A stretch of 64,000 nt of DNA, taken from assembly GCF_963921235.1 (NCBI RefSeq), contig NC_086102.1, positions 28,458,001 to 28,522,000 on the forward strand. Reading direction: 5' to 3'. Position 1 is the stretch's first letter. Each line of letters opens with the position of its first letter. The notes beneath the pieces were generated by a model that searched no databases, was not told the origin of the DNA, and saw only the letters and a list, made by a program, of their open reading frames with translations. Below are positions 23,660 through 36,624 of the stretch, piece by piece. Source of the DNA: Mobula hypostoma. Lineage: Eukaryota. Both the position numbers and the translations under genes were made by a program.

Positions 23660-26600
23660 CTTCTGTTCTCACCATCATTTTTCCATTCTCTGTTTAATCC
23701 CAGTTCTGAAAGGTCCTCTCTCTCGTTAGATGTTGCCTGACTAGGTAAGCATTCCCAGTATTTTCTGTATTATTTAACTTATACATAGTTTCACTGGTAC
23801 TGACAGACATTATCAGTGTCCTGAGAGCTTGAATAAGTTGTATGTAAACACACTGGTGAAAAAGTTTCCATATTTGCCGACAATATAAACAAATACCAAT
23901 TCAGTCCGTCAAGTATATAATCAACTCAAGAGAGCGATCCCAATCCTATTTCCCACATTGCAAACCTTTCTCTTCACATTCCCATAAATGCATCTACTAC
24001 CCATCCCTTACCTGCCTGATTCACTAGGGACAAATTTACTGTCCCTGCCTGAGTGACCTGCCCCCTCACTCCCCAACTTATGGACACACTCTCATATTGC
24101 ACAGATACTGCAGTACTGCATACTGCTATTTCACATATTCATATGACTGCTTGTTTTATTATAATAATGTCAGTAACATTATCCTGTCTTACACAGACAT
24201 GCACCTTGCACTTTATGTCAATCTGTCAATTTTCAGGCCATTCCACTCAGGGACTTGTGCTCATATTGTGTGACTGTATGTGGTGGATTGTAACTACATG
24301 TGCTGTGCATGACTATATGTACTGTGCTATGCACCTTAGTCCCAGAGGACCAATGTTTCATTTGGCTGTATACATGTGTACGGTTGAATGACAATAAACT
24401 TGAACTTGAACTTACAGCAGCCAGTTAATCTGCCAGCACCTCTCTATGATGTGTGAGGAAGGCAGAACATCCAGGCAAAGCCTATGTGTTGACTAGGAAA
24501 ACAAGCAAACTCCAAACAGCCAGTATTGGAGGTCAAAATTGAACACACACTGCTGGTTCCAAGAGGCAGAGGCTCTGCTGGTTGCAACACTGTGTTGAAC
24601 TAATGTGCTTGTAGTGAAAGCTGCCCTGTCCTGGAGCCTCTACACATTGTCACCCTTATAGATGGAGCACCGCTGGTGAAAGGTTATTGACTTTCAGTGC
24701 TGGAGACTGCACGTGACGTTCAAGTGGTCTAGACTTAGATCTGGCTGTGGACTATACCACCTTAACGCAAGTGTCAACAGTCCAGTAGCTACGGTAAGTG
24801 ACAGTCTGAAGCATGGGCACTGGTGAAAGAAGAATGCTGACTTCCAAAGAGAGGTCAGCAGTTTTAGGCTGCATGGAGTGACTGCCAATTCTGCAAGAAC
24901 ATGCTTCAGTGATCCTGGTAACCTGTTGGATGCTTGCTTATGAGGCAGCTGTGACAACGCTGGAAAATCCATTCTGCTCTGCAAATCAACAGCCTTGATG
25001 TCGAGCATTCATGGCATAAAAAAAAACAACACACACAATGGTGCTTTGCAGAAGCATTACCAAATAAAATCTAGTTCCTGCCTTGGCTGTACGCCACTTT
25101 TCCTGCACGGGAAACATGGGAGTGAGTACCGTACAATTGTTCTCTGAAATGGTTGAATAGTTAGCAGTGTGTAAGCTACAAGTTCTTAGTTTAAGGCTTA
25201 CAGCAGTTCCGAGTATGTGTGCAAGTCTATGAATGTTAGGCATGTATCCTTGCTGATAGAGTGGGTGAATGATAGTGGGTGGTGAGCCAAGGAGTGTCAG
25301 GTTCACTCTTCAAGCAGCTGCCAGGACTTGCAGTACACAGAAATAGACCTTTCTTTCAAAGATGTGGCTAGCATTAAGCTGTGCCAGCTTGCTAAACTGC
25401 TGTGGCCATTCAGGATATTGACTTCCTTCTGAAGCATTCAGTACAAATGGGGTGGTCAATGCTGGCTGCGATGAAATCATTGTAATTAAAAGGCAGCATG
25501 GCAATCAAATGTGCACTCATTTACACACTGCCGACCTTATGTCTGTTACTGTTACAGCATTTTCTAGCTTGATGAGCCAAAAGTGCCTGAGGTATGTGTC
25601 TCCATCAAGTAGCTTTCCTCAATTTACCCAAATACAGAATAGAACCCAAAGTTCATCCCTGTGGATTTTATTTGTTGCTTTCGATGGTACTCTGTAAAGA
25701 TCGTTGGCTGTGTACCTAAGAAATGATGAGAATTAATCTTTACTCTATCATATTCTTGTTACTTGATGTGTTGGCCTAAGTCCTTTTATGATCAAGATAC
25801 CAATTTGCATGTAGTTTCCACGGCAATTAGAGCATGTTGGAATGATTAGACCTCATTTGGCAATACTCTATCATTGTTAAATTATGTCACCATTGAGAAT
25901 TTACTTGGAAAGCCTAATTGATCATGTCTTCCTTGCTGCTAAACCATTTCAAAGGTTCAATGATACATTTAGTGTCAGAGAAATGTATACAATATACATC
26001 CTGAAATGTTTTTTCTTCACAACCATCCATGGAAAACAGAGGAATGCCCCCAAAGAATGAATGACAGTTAAATGTTAGAACCCCAAAGTCCCCCACCAGC
26101 TCCCCTCCTTCCCATGTGTAAGCGGCAACGGGCAAAATTTGTTACTTTTTTTGATCTTTATTATAAAAATACCATGCAAGCACAGAACAAAGGACCTAAC
26201 TTTTAAATAATACATGCCTTCTTAATATATGCACTTTGGTTCCAGGACACCGCTGCAAATTTCTTTGCCACGCAGATTTGGTGACACAGTGTCTCTGATC
26301 ACTGTGTGTTATTTTTTTATATCTAGATTACAGGATAACCCAGGTTGCTGGGAATGAAAATCTGTTCTATCCAAGGGAAAACTAATCCACATAGTTGCAA
26401 ACCTGTTCCTGTAGGTGGTAATGTTACTGCTCAAAACTCCCTTTATTGAAAGGCACATCCTTTCTCCCAATCACTCACCAATGAAGGGACAAGGATGTGG
26501 ACTCTATGAAGCCATGAAAGGCCCAGATGGAAACACTGCACAGGTGACTATGGCCTATTGTCCATCATTTATGTAGCCCATATCAAAACAAGACATTGAG

Positions 26601-27724
26601 TCAGGTTACTTTATCTTTTGTAGATCTTGACAATTTAATGAAAAAAACATTGCTATTACAATTTTAGGCTCCTATCTTTCATGTCTAATTCCTCCCAGAA
26701 GTCTGCATGCTATCACTGCAAGCTCTGCTGAACCAACCTGGGTCTGCAGCAATCTAAGCAGGGATCCACAAAAAGATTGTTGATAGCTGGCCTTAAAAGC
26801 ATAAATAAATGGTTTTATGGCTTTGTTTGTGCAGAGCCAGCATTATGCTGCAGGTCATTTTGTCTTGTTTACCTCATTGAACTCACAAATTACATGTCTC
26901 TGGTGAGACCACACTTGGAGTATTGTGTGCAGTTCTAATTGCCCATGTAGAGGAAGGACGTCATTAAGTTGAAAAGGGTGCAGAATGGATTAATGAGAAC
27001 GTTACCAGTTACTGGTGGGCTTGAGCTAGAAGAGGAGTCTGGATAAGCTGGGACTTTGTTCCTTGAGCCTAGAAGGTTGATGGATGACCTTATAGAGTTA
27101 TGAGGGGCATAGATAAGGTGAATGATCGCAGACACTTTCTGAGAGCAGGGGAGCGTAACACTAAAGGGCATAGATTTAAGGAGAAGGTGTTCAGTATCAG
27201 AATCAGATTTAATATATCACTGGAATATGTTGTGAAATTTGTTGTTTTGTGGCAGCAATGCATAATAATGTTTAAGAACTATAAACTACAATAAGAAATA
27301 CATATTAAAAAATTAATTAAGTCGTGCAAAATGAGAGCAAAAAAAAATAGTGAGGTAGTGATCTTTGTCCATTCTGAAATCTGAAGGTGGAGGTGGAGGG
27401 GAAGAAGCTGTATCTGAAATATTGACTGTGCTTCTTCAGGCTCCTGTACCTCCTCCCTGATGGCAGCAAGGAGAAGAGGGCAATTCGTGGGCCATGGGGC
27501 CCCTTAATGATGGATGCTGCCTTCCTGAAGCATCAACTTTTGAAGATGTCCTTGATGTTGGGGAAGCTGGTGCTCATGAGGGAACTGGCTGAATTTAGAA
27601 CTTTCTGCAGCTTTGTTTGAACCTGTGCAGTGCCCCCTCCATACTAGACAATGATGCAACCAGTTAGAATGCTCTCCACAGCATACCTGCAGAAACTTGC
27701 AAGAGTTTTTGGTGACATACCAAG

Positions 27725-27826
27725 TTGACTGTACTCTTTTCCAGAGATACTGCCTGGCCTGCTGAGTTCCTCCAGCATTTTGTGTGTGTTGCTTGGATTT
27801 CCAGCATCTGCAAATTTTCTCTTGTT
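27725..27826 (+). mobile_element. PLE 3'-end fragment inserted in a Rex1 copy
   Basis: Starts GTTGACTGTAC, the position equivalent to the hammerhead cleavage triplet, and ends with the TTGGATTTCCAGCATCTGCA tail. Confidence 0.8.
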
Positions 27827-28166
27827 CCTAATTATCGTGCCTTCTTTGTAATTGCATCAATATGTTAGACCCAAGATAGATCTTTAGAGATATTGATACC
27901 TACGAACTTGAAAATGCTCTCTCTTTCTACAGCTGGCCCCTCGATGAGGACTGGAATGCGTTCCCTCGACTTCCTCTTCCTGGTCCACAATCAATTTATT
28001 GGTTTTATCCCTGCTGAGTGCAAGGTTGTGGTTGTGATACCTGTCAACCAGCTGATCTATCTTGCTCCTTGTCACCATGTGAAATTCTGCCAATGATACT
28101 TGTGTCATGGGCAAATTTTTAGAGGGTGTTTTAGCTGTCCCTAGCCACACAGTCATGGGTGTAGAG

Positions 28167-28245
28167 CAGGGATCTCAACCTAAGGTCCATGGACCTCTTG
28201 GTTAATAGTCACACACCATGGCATAAAAAGGGTTGGGAATCCCTG
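28167..28245. mobile_element. ~80-bp hAT MITE inserted in Rex1
   Basis: CAGGGA...TCCCTG termini; TSD GTGTAGAG / GTATGGAG. Confidence 0.78.
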
Positions 28246-28479
28246 GTATGGAGACAATAGAGCAGTGGGCTAAGCACACATTCCTGAGGTGCACCAGTAT
28301 TAATTAACATGAGGAGAATGAGCTATTTCCGATCCACACTGACTATGCTCTCCCTGTGAGGAAGACAAGGATCCATTGCAGAGGGAGGTACGGCAGTCTA
28401 AGGTGGGTATTGCTATTGTCCAGGTGATCCAAGGGTGACTGGAGAGCCAGTGAAGTTGCATCTGCTGTAGACCTACTGT

Positions 28480-28912
28480 TAATTAATTATTAATGGCTCC
28501 ACCTGTCTAAGTAGACAATGGATGCACCCGGTCCTCTCCGGGGAGCAGACCTGGGCGATGAATATGGAGATCCTGGGCTGCCCAGACATCAAGATCCCCC
28601 TCTCGGCCTCGCGGATGTGGTCCAAAGGAATGCCAAGCAGTACATTTGGCATCAGCTTGGCTGCAGGAGCTGCCGGGAGGTGACGTGTTACGTCATCCAA
28701 CCGCCTTAGGGGCTCCACTCTAGATTTGTGAGTGTAGGGTTTACTCCTTAGCCTTCTCTTCCCCCGAAGATACCCACAAGGCAGTGGGATCCGTAGCCCT
28801 GGATAGGGGCCCATACCGGGTACTGTCAGCCGGAGCCAGCTGAGCCCGGGACTCGTGTAAGGCATGGTTGTCACGCCCTGTAGTAGTGACATATGGAGCC
28901 ACTACCCACTAC
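28480..28912 (-). mobile_element. 433-bp non-coding retroelement, probably a bipartite RTE-derived non-autonomous element, nested in Rex1
   Basis: 8-bp TSD CCTACTGT (28472-28479 / 28913-28920); 3' hairpin TGTCT-ACTT-AGACA and AT-rich tail. Removing it restores the Rex1 RT sequence. The family assignment is from recall only. Confidence 0.6.
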
Positions 28913-30179
28913 CCTACTGTGGTGCTAGGCAAATTGCAGTGGGTCCAGGTCCTTGCTTAGGCAAGAGGTGATTTTGGCCATGACCAACCTCTCAAAGCAC
29001 TTCATCACAGTAGATGCGAATGCAGCTGGGTGATAGTTATTGAGGCAGCTCAGTGGGTGTGGGTACATGTAACAAGATGCCAGAAGAATCTGTACTGATG
29101 GGCACAATCACAAGACACTTTGACAGGTACATTGATAAGAAAGGTTTGTAGGGATACGGACGAAACACAGGCAAATGGGATATCCTGATTGGCATGGATG
29201 AGTTGAGCCAAAGGTCTTCTTTCTGTGCCATACAAGTAATATTATTTGATAATTGTCTTAGTATAATTTTGATTTAAATCCTTAGATCCTTCCAACAAGG
29301 TTTTCAAAATATTTATATTTGCATGGCCCGTGGCAAAATCATACATGTGCTTTATCAATGGGCAACAACGCTTTCACCTGAGGGAAGAATTGAGGCTGGA
29401 AGCAGACATGATACATGTAGCACTGTTTTGCTGTTTGCCAGCTCCTGATACTAAACTAAGAGCTAGAATATAAATTGCTGCCAGTTATTAAGTAAGCACA
29501 GAGCAACCACTGTCTATGATACAATGGGAATAGCTGGAATATTGATCTCAGCTTTACTGAATAAATTCATTACAAATTGACAATGTTCGCAAAAAAATTT
29601 CTGCAAATATGAATTTGTTTGATGACCAGAGAGTTTTAAACTTGATTCTTCCAAAGAGATTGCTACTGGATTTTCTATATTTAACTTCAACAGTAACCAC
29701 TCTTCCACGAAAATTGGGTAAACTTTGAAGCACCTCAGAGCAGATTGAAGTTGGGATGGCAAATTTACTGTTTGGCACCTAGTTTGCCTGCAAATACTTC
29801 AACTGCAAAACGCTCCCTAAACACAAGCTCCCTTGGCTTCACATTATATTAAATTGTTTCTTTTACCCTGGTGTTTAACTTGATAAGCCATTGAGTTTTT
29901 TTTCCATTGCACTTTTTTCTAGCCAAGAGGATAAGCTGGGCCGAATTGTTTTCTTCCTTGCCTGAGAACTGCAATAGATGATGCACTAGTGGAATTCAGA
30001 TTGAAATATGGAATATACACTACAGGTCAGTTCGGCCAGTCAGCTTCCTCTGGTAGCTTGTCACATGTATCCACACCCACTGAGCTGTCTCAATAACTAC
30101 TGCCCAGTTGCACTCACATCTACTGCGACAAAGTGCTTTAAGAGGTTGTTTCAATAACTAACAGTTGCCTGGAGATGTT

Positions 30180-30495
30180 AAATGGATACAGCTGGTAGGG
30201 CCACTGCCTCAGTACCAGAGGTCCAGCTCCCATGTTGTCTGTGTGGAGTTACATATGTTCCTTGTGACTGCAAGGGTTTGCTTCAGGTGCTCCGGTTTCT
30301 TCCCACATCCCAAAAATTTGCTGAATGGTAAAGTCAACTGGCCCGCTGCCCCGGTGCGTTGCTGAGTAGTGGAATCTGGGGGAAATTGATGGGAATGTGA
30401 GTAGAATAAAAGAAAAGTAATCAGTATGAATGAGTTGTTGATGGTTGACAGACCTGCTAGATCAAAGGGCCTATTTCCATGCGGTATCTCTCTAT
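30180..30495 (+). mobile_element. V-SINE copy (decayed)
   Basis: TGTGTGGAGTT..GGTGCTCCGGTTTCTTCCCACATCCCAAAA core. Confidence 0.7.
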
Positions 30496-31324
30496 ATCTA
30501 TAAACCTTTCTATATCTATTGTATATCTAGAATATATAGTAATATGCAAGATGAATATTTTCAAGTACTGTACACTCTTAGATTTAAAAGTTAAGTATGA
30601 ACGCAACTAAAAACAATCTGTAAGTCTCTTTTTTGATGTTTAATCTGCATGTAATCTTCATGTTATTGCACAAACACAAAATAATTGTAATTTTAACTAC
30701 ATGATATCATTTTGAAATGAAATTCAAATTATCAACACCAAACTACACTGTAATTGTAGCTGTTGATCCTGACTTTGGTAGTCAAATTGACACCATAAAC
30801 AATGTTAGCCACTCCAGAGACACCAAATAAAGCACAATATCTTGGCAGGACTTTAACTGCTTTGAAGAATTATTTAACTTGGAAGTCAACTGAAAAACAG
30901 GGTATGTAAAAGTGCGTGCTGAGATTTTAAATTGCACTGTGAAGCTTGCATCACTGTCTGCACAAATCTAACGCAGATTTGTGTAGGCGTATGCCTCTTA
31001 TTATACGTATACCGGAATAAGTCGAAACACTCATCTTGATTCAATCACTTACCAGAATTTGCAGACAACCTAAACTACTTAGAATAAACTAAGATCTTCC
31101 ATCAACCTCTCAGTGAAGGCAAACTGTCCTTCACACTTTGTGCTTTGAAATTCATGGTTAATTTTGATTTATTTTATCGTTTTAAACAAAAAGAAAAAAG
31201 TCAAGACTTGAAACTTAAACCAGAACCCTTCAATTTTACCAATTTCCACTTTTTAAGAACCAAGCTGTTATTCTTTTAGTTGAATGAAGTTTTGCTTGAA
31301 AAGCTGAATCTCTGTATAACTTAC

Positions 31325-31474
31325 CAATATTAGGCAACTTAAGGTTTGATGGGCAAGCATGATTTCCATTTGACATTCTGCCATATGTTGCTGAATAGAT
31401 ATTAATCAATGCAGAGTTTCTACAGCGAATTTTAAGTTCCTTGCCCTCACAAGCTAATTTGCTTTTGTACTCTT
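31325..31474 (-). CDS. EVA1C: EVA1C coding exon (N-terminal part of SUEL domain 2)
   Basis: Acceptor ttttacttgcag|AA, donor ATTG|gtaagt; 150 nt, phase 1->1. Translates (K)EYKSKLACEGKELKIRCRNSALINIYSATYGRMSNGNHACPSNLKLPNI, with the SUEL motif CE...L.I.C....I.I.SA.YGR. Confidence 0.96.
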
Positions 31475-33975
31475 CTGCAAGTAAAAGCAGTATGTTAAAC
31501 ATTGTTACACTTCCAGGTGACAACATATGCAAGCTTTGATGATAGCATAAAACTCTATGTTTTACTTACACATCAATTACATCTAAAGTTTGTCACTTCA
31601 TGTTTCATTTGTGTGTGGAACACTTGTGGAATGATTTTTAAAAACGTTAAAAATTAATGTTAATGAATTTCATAGTCCAATTATGATGTCATAAAATACT
31701 ACTTTTTAAAAATAATTAAGGAGCTTGGCCAGGCAAAATTAATCTTTCCTGAGTTCTTGCTAGATATTGTTTAGCACAGATATAGCACAGTTAATTCTCA
31801 TTTTCATCTAACTCTAAATTTTAAATTTAGGGGTCTTTAAATTCAACAGCATGTACAGCTTGCTTCTCATATTGGGAAGTGAACAAGTGTTCCACAGAAT
31901 TGCATAAATATCTCAAAACTGCATTGGAAGGATGGTTCCATTTACTTCCCACCAAAGTTACAGCAGGAGACCAAAACAAAATTCAAACAACTTCCATTCT
32001 ATAGTTATCTTTTATCAGGCTACAACAGCAGAGAAAATAATAACTGTATTAAATTATTCATAAATTCCATCATTAGAATCTCAGAGACAACTGGCAACTA
32101 AACAGAAAAGTTAACTTTTGTTGACTCTGGGATTACAGGTGAAATAAATGCTTTGCACGTACCAGGACTACTTACAGAATTCGGATATTTTTTGCCATTT
32201 AGGGGTTGCTGCACACAACTAAATGAATTAGAATTAAGAGTTGTAATGCACATAACATTTATTTGAATGCTAGAATCTTTGACTTTTGTTAAAATCCTTC
32301 TCCACCTTATCATGAAAAATGTTCAGTCCATGTAAATGGATTTTCCCAGTCCCAAGCAAACGTTCAGGCTTATTTTAATTTTTAACTTACCAGAGAATTG
32401 TTCCAATAGATATGTAAAAATGTGCAATGCAGCATAGCCAGAGACCTGTATGGATGTTCTCTTAAAGTCTTAGCATTGCTAATGGTGCAGAAAGAAGACA
32501 TGCAGCTTATTGCGTTCACCCATCCTAAACAGAACAATTTTGGGAACTCCACTCCCCAGTCTCTTAGGCCTTAGCCCTCTGCTAATAAAAGTTCAGGCAA
32601 TATCCTCACTAATTAATTTGCATTCTGTTTAGTACTATAACACATTTACTTTGGTAACCAGAACATGATACAGAGTTCCAGCCATGCATAAGCTAAGTGC
32701 AGTTGGCTTCAAAACAGATGCCTATGTGATTGTCTCTTAGCACTGTTCATCAGTGAAAAATGCAATGGATTAGTACACTCCAGACATACCCCTCAGATAC
32801 AGAAATGGCCACACAGATTGTACATTTAATCTTGCCTTTCTGGGAATTTGGTCAAACCTGCTCAAACAGGCCATGAACCAATAGAAAAATACTGGCACTT
32901 AGATATCCCATTCAGAGAAATCATTGGATTACTTGCAACAGCACCAGGAGGGGTGATCTCTGAGACTATTGTTTTGGGAGACAGAGAGCCTTAATCTGGA
33001 TTTAATTAAACTATACCCAAATCTGGGATGCATTTAAGCAAGATGAGACCTATGCAAGGACTGAAAGACTATTGTGTAAGAACACTTCAAACTAAGCTCC
33101 ATTCCCAGCTTTATTGTAAAGAATAAATGAGGACAAGCTTCAGTTCCTAAAGCAAGATCCTACGATGCATGAGCAGGAACATATGCAATGTGACTATGGT
33201 GTCTGAAATCCTGTCTTTGTATTAATTGTGAGTGTGCTTCTGTCTGATATTATTTTAATAAAATTGAAAGAAAAGGTATCTGTGCCAACAAAATATGGCC
33301 AAAGAATAAACATGTTCCTTGTCAAAGCAGTAACTATTGCCAATTTAAGTCTGTCAGGAAGAAAAAAAAAGATTTGTTTCACCATATAGCAGGTAGAAGG
33401 CTATACTACATTTGGAACATGATGAAATAAAAAAAAACTAACGTTGACTAGCTAAGCTCTGTATTTTTGAACTCCTATCCCTGACAAGCTGATGATTGTT
33501 GCCACTAATTTCTGGTGTCAAGAATATCAACACACAAACCATTCACCTTCCCATCTAGAACACATCAGTGGAATACATTTCCAGCTGGACACTGTCACAT
33601 GTATGGCTATTGAAACGGAGCACCAAATTTCTGAGCTCTGCTTTTTCTTGGCTAGAAATCCCACAAGGGAGATCAATCAAAAAATTAACCCTGTTGTCCT
33701 CAATGTGGAGAAAGATATGATGAAATTAAACAAACGAATTAAAATAGAAACAATTGCATTGACTAATAGGCTTTAATAATTTCTAAATCTGAACTATAAA
33801 ATCGTTCAAAGGAAAGAAAATGAAAATAAACAGGTTACCACAAGTATAAATAATACAAGCTCTAATTATTAGTATAATTTCTCGCATTGTATAATGAGTA
33901 CTTTTTATTCTTAAAGGTGAACTGAAAGGGTTAATGAGAAAATGTGTGTTCATTAACTGTGAAAGTATTACTTAC

Positions 33976-34099
33976 TGGGCTTGCATTTATAGGAGACAAG
34001 GAGATATTTGCTGGTGCCTGGACATGGGTCAAGTCCAAAAACTTGTCTATTGACTAGAACCTGGCAAGATTGCTGGTCCTGGCATTCGTCCAGTATTTT
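33976..34099 (-). CDS. EVA1C: EVA1C coding exon (C-terminal part of SUEL domain 1)
   Basis: Acceptor tttttgccag|AAA, donor CCCA|gtaagt; 124 nt, phase 0->1. Translates KILDECQDQQSCQVLVNRQVFGLDPCPGTSKYLLVSYKCKP, with the SUEL motif FG.DPCPG..KYL.V.Y.C. Confidence 0.96.
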
Positions 34100-34830
34100 C
34101 TGGCAAAAATGAAAGTAAGGAGACGTGCTTCAGGAATAAAAGATATTATCCACAGACCCATGCATTATTTTCAGGTTGAACATGTGATCTAACTAGTTTT
34201 TACAATGTGAACATTAAATATTTTGTTAACATTTATAAATACACAGTCTCAAAATATTAGCATAAACAAGCAAAAATTATGGAATACAGTCATGGTTCTT
34301 TTTTGAAAATAATAACTAAGATAATTAAACACCACTTTGATTGTGAACAGCCTTTCAATAATTAGATCTAGAATTAGAATAGCTGTGAAGCTGGCAATCC
34401 ACTTCATTTATCAAGTTCTGATACAAAAAGTTCTGTAATGCCATTAATTGGTTCATGCTAATCTCACGATGCTTCAGGTCATTTAGATCCCCAAACATTT
34501 ACATATATAATCCATTATTTATTTTTTATTTAACTAATCGTAATTTCATATTTGGTCTCTCTGTTAATGCTATCCCTGCGCATGGCTAGGTCCTGATAAA
34601 TGAGTCTCTATTTTCTCATCCTAAATCTTCTTTTTCCTTGATCAATATGAGTAGTTTGAACCCAAACAGTTTGACCCACTTATCAGTTGCAAGTAAACCC
34701 AATTTACATTTCTGTCTTACTTCTACTGATACTTTAAATTTCTCCCCTTCTGACCATGGATAAAGAATGCTAGATGATATTCTGGGAAAAGTATGCACCA
34801 TTTTTATTAAGGCAACATAATTTTTAATAA

Positions 34831-34860
34831 AGAAAATAGAAAAATAGAAAATAGAAAATA
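34831..34860. repeat. (AGAAAAT)n heptamer repeat
   Basis: About four near-perfect units. Confidence 0.75.
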
Positions 34861-34904
34861 TAAGTAATATAAATCTGGTTGTGATTGGACTCGGTTGTAT
34901 TTTA

Positions 34905-36622
34905 AGACCATAAGATCTAGGAGCAGAATTAGGCCGTCTGGCCCATCGAATCTGCTCCGCCATTTCATTATGGCTGATCCAATTTTCCTCTCAGCCCTAA
35001 TCTGCTGCCTTCTCCCTGTATCCCCTGACTAATCAAGAGTCTATCAACCTCTTCCTTAAATATACATAAACACTTGGCCTCCACAGCTGCCTGTGGCAAT
35101 GAGTTCCACAGATTCAGCACTCTCTGGTTAAAGAAATTCCTCATCTCCATTCTAAAACAACGCCCCTCTTTTCTGAGCCTGTGTCCTCTGATCTTAGACT
35201 CTCCCACCATAGGAAACATCTTCTCCATATCAACTCTATCAAGGCCTTTCACCATTCACTAGGTTTCAGTGAAGTCACCCTTCATTCTTCTGAAGTCTTG
35301 TGAATACAGGGCCAGAGCCATGAAACGCTCTTCATATGACAAGCCATTCAATCCTGGAATCATTTTTGTGAACCTCCTTTGAATGCTGTCCAGTTTCAGC
35401 ACATCCTTTATAAAATAAGGGCCTTAAAACTGCTCACAATACTCCAGGTGAGGCCTCACCAGTGATTTATAAAGTCTCAACATTACATCCTTGCTTTTAT
35501 ATCCTAGTCCTCTTGAAATGAATATTAACATCACATTTGTCTTCCTCACCACAGACTCAACCTGCAAATTAACCTTTCGGGAACCCTGCACAAGGATCCC
35601 AAGTCCCTTTGCACCTCACGCTTTTGTATTTTCTCTCCATTTAGAAAATAGTCAACCCTTTAATTTCTTCTACCAAAATGCGCTGTATCCCATCTGCCAC
35701 TTCTTTGCCCATTCTCCTAATCTGTCTAAGTCCTTCTGTAGCCTCTCTACTTCCTCAAAGATACCTGCCCCTCCAACTATCTTCTTATCGTCGACAAGCT
35801 TTGCAGCAAAGCCATCAATTCCATCATCCAAATCATTGACATATAATGTAAAAAGACTTGATCTCATCACAGACCCCTATGGAACACCACTGGTCACCAG
35901 CAGTCAACCAGAAAAGGTTCCGTTTATACCCTCTCTTTGCCTCCTGCAAATCAGTAACTGCTTTACCCATGCTAGAATCTTTCCTGTAATACCATGGGCT
36001 CTTAACGTTTTAAGCAGTCTCATGTATGGCACCTTGTCAAAGGCTTTTTGAAAAGTGAAGTAAAGTTCTCCTTTGTCTATCTTGCTTACTATTTCTTCAA
36101 AGAATTCCAACAGCTTTGTCTAGGCAAGATTTTCCTTTGAGTAAAACATGCTGACTACGGCCTATTTTATCATGTGCCTTCAAGTACCCTGAAAACACAT
36201 CCTTATCAATCAACTTCAACATCTACCCAGACACTGGGATCAGATTAACTGGCCTATATTATCCATTCTTGAAGAGTGGAGGGACATTTGTAATTTTCCA
36301 GTCTTCCAGAACCATTCCAGAATCTAGTGATTCTTGAAAGATCATCAATAATGCCTCCACAATTTCCTCAGCCACCTCTTTCAGAGCCCTGGGGTGTACA
36401 CCATCTGGTCCAGATGACCTATCTACCTTCAGACCTTTCAGTTTCCCAGGAACCTTCTCACTCATAATGACTGACTTCACACACATCATGTCCCCTGACA
36501 TCTAGAACTTCCACCACATTGCTAGCGTCTTCCAAACTGAAGAATGATGCCAAATACTTATTCAGTTCATCTGCCATTTCGCTGTCCCCATTAATTACTA
36601 CCTCTCCAGCATTGTTTTCCAC
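34905..36622 (-). mobile_element. Degenerate CR1 LINE, 3' half
   Basis: SSGPDGVHPRALKE, FQKAFDKVP, YVNDLDDGI; CR1 3' tail TATGGTCTT. Confidence 0.9.
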
Positions 36623-36624
36623 TG

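Larger units (their letters stand above)
27195..29068 (-). mobile_element. Degenerate Rex1/Babar LINE hosting three later insertions
   Basis: SCLNNYHP.A..STVMKCFERLV...LDPLQFA; (GATTCT)n tail at ~27200. Confidence 0.85.

Noticed and set aside
28720-28880. HDV-like ribozyme in the 5' part of the 433-bp element (a GGCUAA J4/2-like motif is present)
   Set aside because: I could not build a valid nested double pseudoknot: there is no L3 UCC to pair with GG, P3 is mismatched and P1 does not start with G.
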